Shown piece after piece: positions 51,101 through 54,100 of a stretch of 64,000 nucleotides of DNA. The notes beneath the pieces were generated by a model that was given only the letters and a program-made list of their open reading frames with translations, had not been told where the DNA came from and did no database searches. The position numbers and the translations under genes are program-made. Within the stretch, counting starts at the first letter, position 1; each line of letters begins with the position of its first letter. Source of the stretch: an uncultured Planctomycetia bacterium (GTDB taxonomy: Bacteria; Omnitrophota; Gorgyraeia; Duberdicusellales; 4484-171); NCBI GenBank assembly GCA_964483625.1, contig CAZABB010000003.1, positions 21,895 through 85,894 of the forward strand, in the 5' to 3' direction.

Positions 51101-54100
51101 CCCACCCGAACATTCGATAGAAACCGCGACCCGCCGTTTTTTTGCTTCACAACGGTTTTTCGGATCATCACGGTATGCTTCCCGGATAGCGATTGTCCGA
51201 ACCCATCTCCATACCTGCATTTTCCACGGAATAGATCATTCCAAGACCGATGCCGTCATCGATATTGTCGGCAGGGAATTGGAAGAAAATCCCCGCGCGA
51301 AAATCCTCATAGTCTGTCCTTACCTCGTAACCATGGACGCGCTGGAACATGCGTTAACTCACGCTCCCTTATTGGAAGGAAAAGCGCACGTCGTTACCTA
51401 TCGCGCTTCCACCGGTACTCCGCACCGGCGTGCCATATTGAGCCGGTTCCGTCAGGCCGAAATACTTATTGCCCAGACAGCAAAAATGGCCGAAATCGGT
51501 ACGTTACCGGATACGGTCGATGTCGTTATTTTTTATGCGCCCGATTCGAACGAGGACAGGATCATAAACAGATTCTCCTCTCTGCCGGAACGCGTCCATA
51601 TTCTGATCGCCAAAGGGACCAAAGACGTGGGACTATCCCGTATTGCCGGAGAAAAGATTACGTATCCTCCAGCGGCGTATGCATTTCTTCCCCTGCTGGC
51701 TGGCGGATATCTGACCGGGGATTTCGGATACAATATGTGGCTGCTTGGATCATGTTTTCTTGCGTGTCTTATCCTTGCCGGAATTCAACTGCCTTTGTGG
51801 CCCGACGCTTCCGGCCGGGACGACATTTCCCGGCGGGAAAATGAAGATATCGTGCTCACCCTGGCTGATGGAGATGAGTTCATCGTTGGCAACCAGGGCG
51901 TTCCTTATCGGATATTCGGAATCGACATTCTTACCTGGACGATTGCCCGGGGAATCGCCCAAAGAGAGTATATCGAGTGGGTCGAGAGGATGATAGAACA
52001 GAGAAAGACTTTGTTACATACGATGATGCGTAGACGTTCCCGGCCGCACGCCGGTAATATGAGCGAAATCGAAGAAAAAATAAAATGGTGGTGTGACCAG
52101 ACAGGAATGGCTTTACCCGGTAACTGGCAGACCTATAAATCCACGCCGCGCCGAGAAGATCGTATACGCTATCTTGATGCCTGGATTGAGGTTTTTCTCG
52201 CCGAAGGATTATGTGTCCAGACCGATCCCGGGGTCGCCCGGGCCTATCGTCTCTTCGGCATACAGAGGCTCTGGCAGGTGCCTTTTTGGGATATTCCCAT
52301 CTGGCCGGTTACCGAGGAAGGGATAATACGGGGAGATCTGATCGGGTGGATGAGAGACTCTCGGATTCAGATTCCCGGCGAATACTTTCAAGCGGAGAAG
52401 AAATCGCTTGTTGCATTATTCGGGTCGCATCATTTTTCCGCATCTAAAAAAACGCAGGGATTCTCGCCGGGAACCTCAATCGTTCCGGCAATAATTTTAT
52501 TTTTTATTTTTATGCTGTATGTATTTTTCCGGTCCGGGCATAATACTGTCCCCGCAGGAGAGGATCCCGTGGCTTTGAACCTCTCGTTTGCCTGGGCCGG
52601 AATCTTTTTCCTTCCCCTTGCCATGGGAGTTTGCACAGAGAATGAAAGTCGTGAGGTTATTGCCGCTGAGTTGAGAAAAGATATAGGTCAGTTTGAAAAG
52701 AGACGGCGTATCCTGATCGAGTCGCTTCGCGGAGGATCTTCATCCGGCCGCCCGGCAGAATTTGGCAGTACAGAAGAAGTCCAGGCGGCGTATTGGGATT
52801 TCGTGAACCGGACAAACAGTGAAATCAAGCACATCGAAGAACACATTGCTCGGCTGGAAGAAAGGTTGGCCTGGTTGGGGACAGGGTTCTTTGCGAACCT
52901 TTTCCCGTCTCATGTCGAATCTATCCTTGCCGAAATCGACCGGGGAAATCATCGGGAAATAGAACTGGATGAAAATGATCCGGTGAAAATGAAAAATATT
53001 CTGGTACGATTTTTTGTGATGTCTGAACGTATCATCTCTGTCCCGGCATTTTTTATCTATGCCCGTTATCGGGAAGGAACCCTTGAGATTTATTTATCTC
53101 GGGAAACGTACTCACTTTTTACGAAACTCTTTTCCGAAGCTGAACTTCTTATTGTCTTGCAATCGGTCTCCCGTCACGAATATGCGGAGACAGTCGAGAA
53201 AAAAAATCATCTCCAGGCGGTCGCGGGCCAGAAAAAAACCTCCAAATATGCAGCGGTGCAGGAGAAGCTCGAGTCTATTCAGGATGAATTTTCCCGTCCG
53301 TCCGATATCCGCCGGGAGATAACAGGAGTAAAAAAGACATTGGTGATAAGCGTCGCGGTTTCGGTAAGCGCCGGTATCCTGTTATTACTGCTTGAGGCGT
53401 TCCTTGGAGAGGGGACGATGTATACCCCGGGTATATTGTGTTTTGCCGCCGCGACCCTCATCGGCATTATGTATTGGTACGGCTTACCCGTGCTTGCTGC
53501 GATACAATCGCTGAACGAAAGAACAATGCAGGTCGATGACTGCGGATATTTAAGCGAGGGGTATCATAGCGGGGAGTCCGGGGCCGTCCACGATATGGAA
53601 TTTCTGGCAACGGAACAGACCATATGTTTCGTGGGAAGAAAAGCGATGCGGGAGATGACCGGGTGTGACGACCATCTTGCTCATACCGACGCGGATTCGA
53701 ATGTGCTGTATTTTCTTGGCGGAGAGGTGGAAGATCTCTATGAACGGGGAATGATAACACCGGTAACGGCGATGCAGGAATATATCAAAAAACAGGCGCT
53801 TCGATTCGGCCCTTCCTCGATAGTGAAATATGTGACGCGGCAAGAGATGCTTATCATCTCAGGAAGGATCGGCTCGGGAGTATTCATTGAGGAGATGCAT
53901 AACGTGAAGATATTCTATATCCTGGTGGGATATGTTCTGGGCGAAGAAGAAAAGATAATGACTGAGATCCATCAAAAAATCATTTTTCTTCTTATTTTTT
54001 ATTCCCGCATGAAACAAAAGTGTACGGCTCTTTTATCGTGGTGCTCCGATTCGATATTTGCCGGTACCCTTGCCTGTATTGTGACGATACTCTACTCTAT

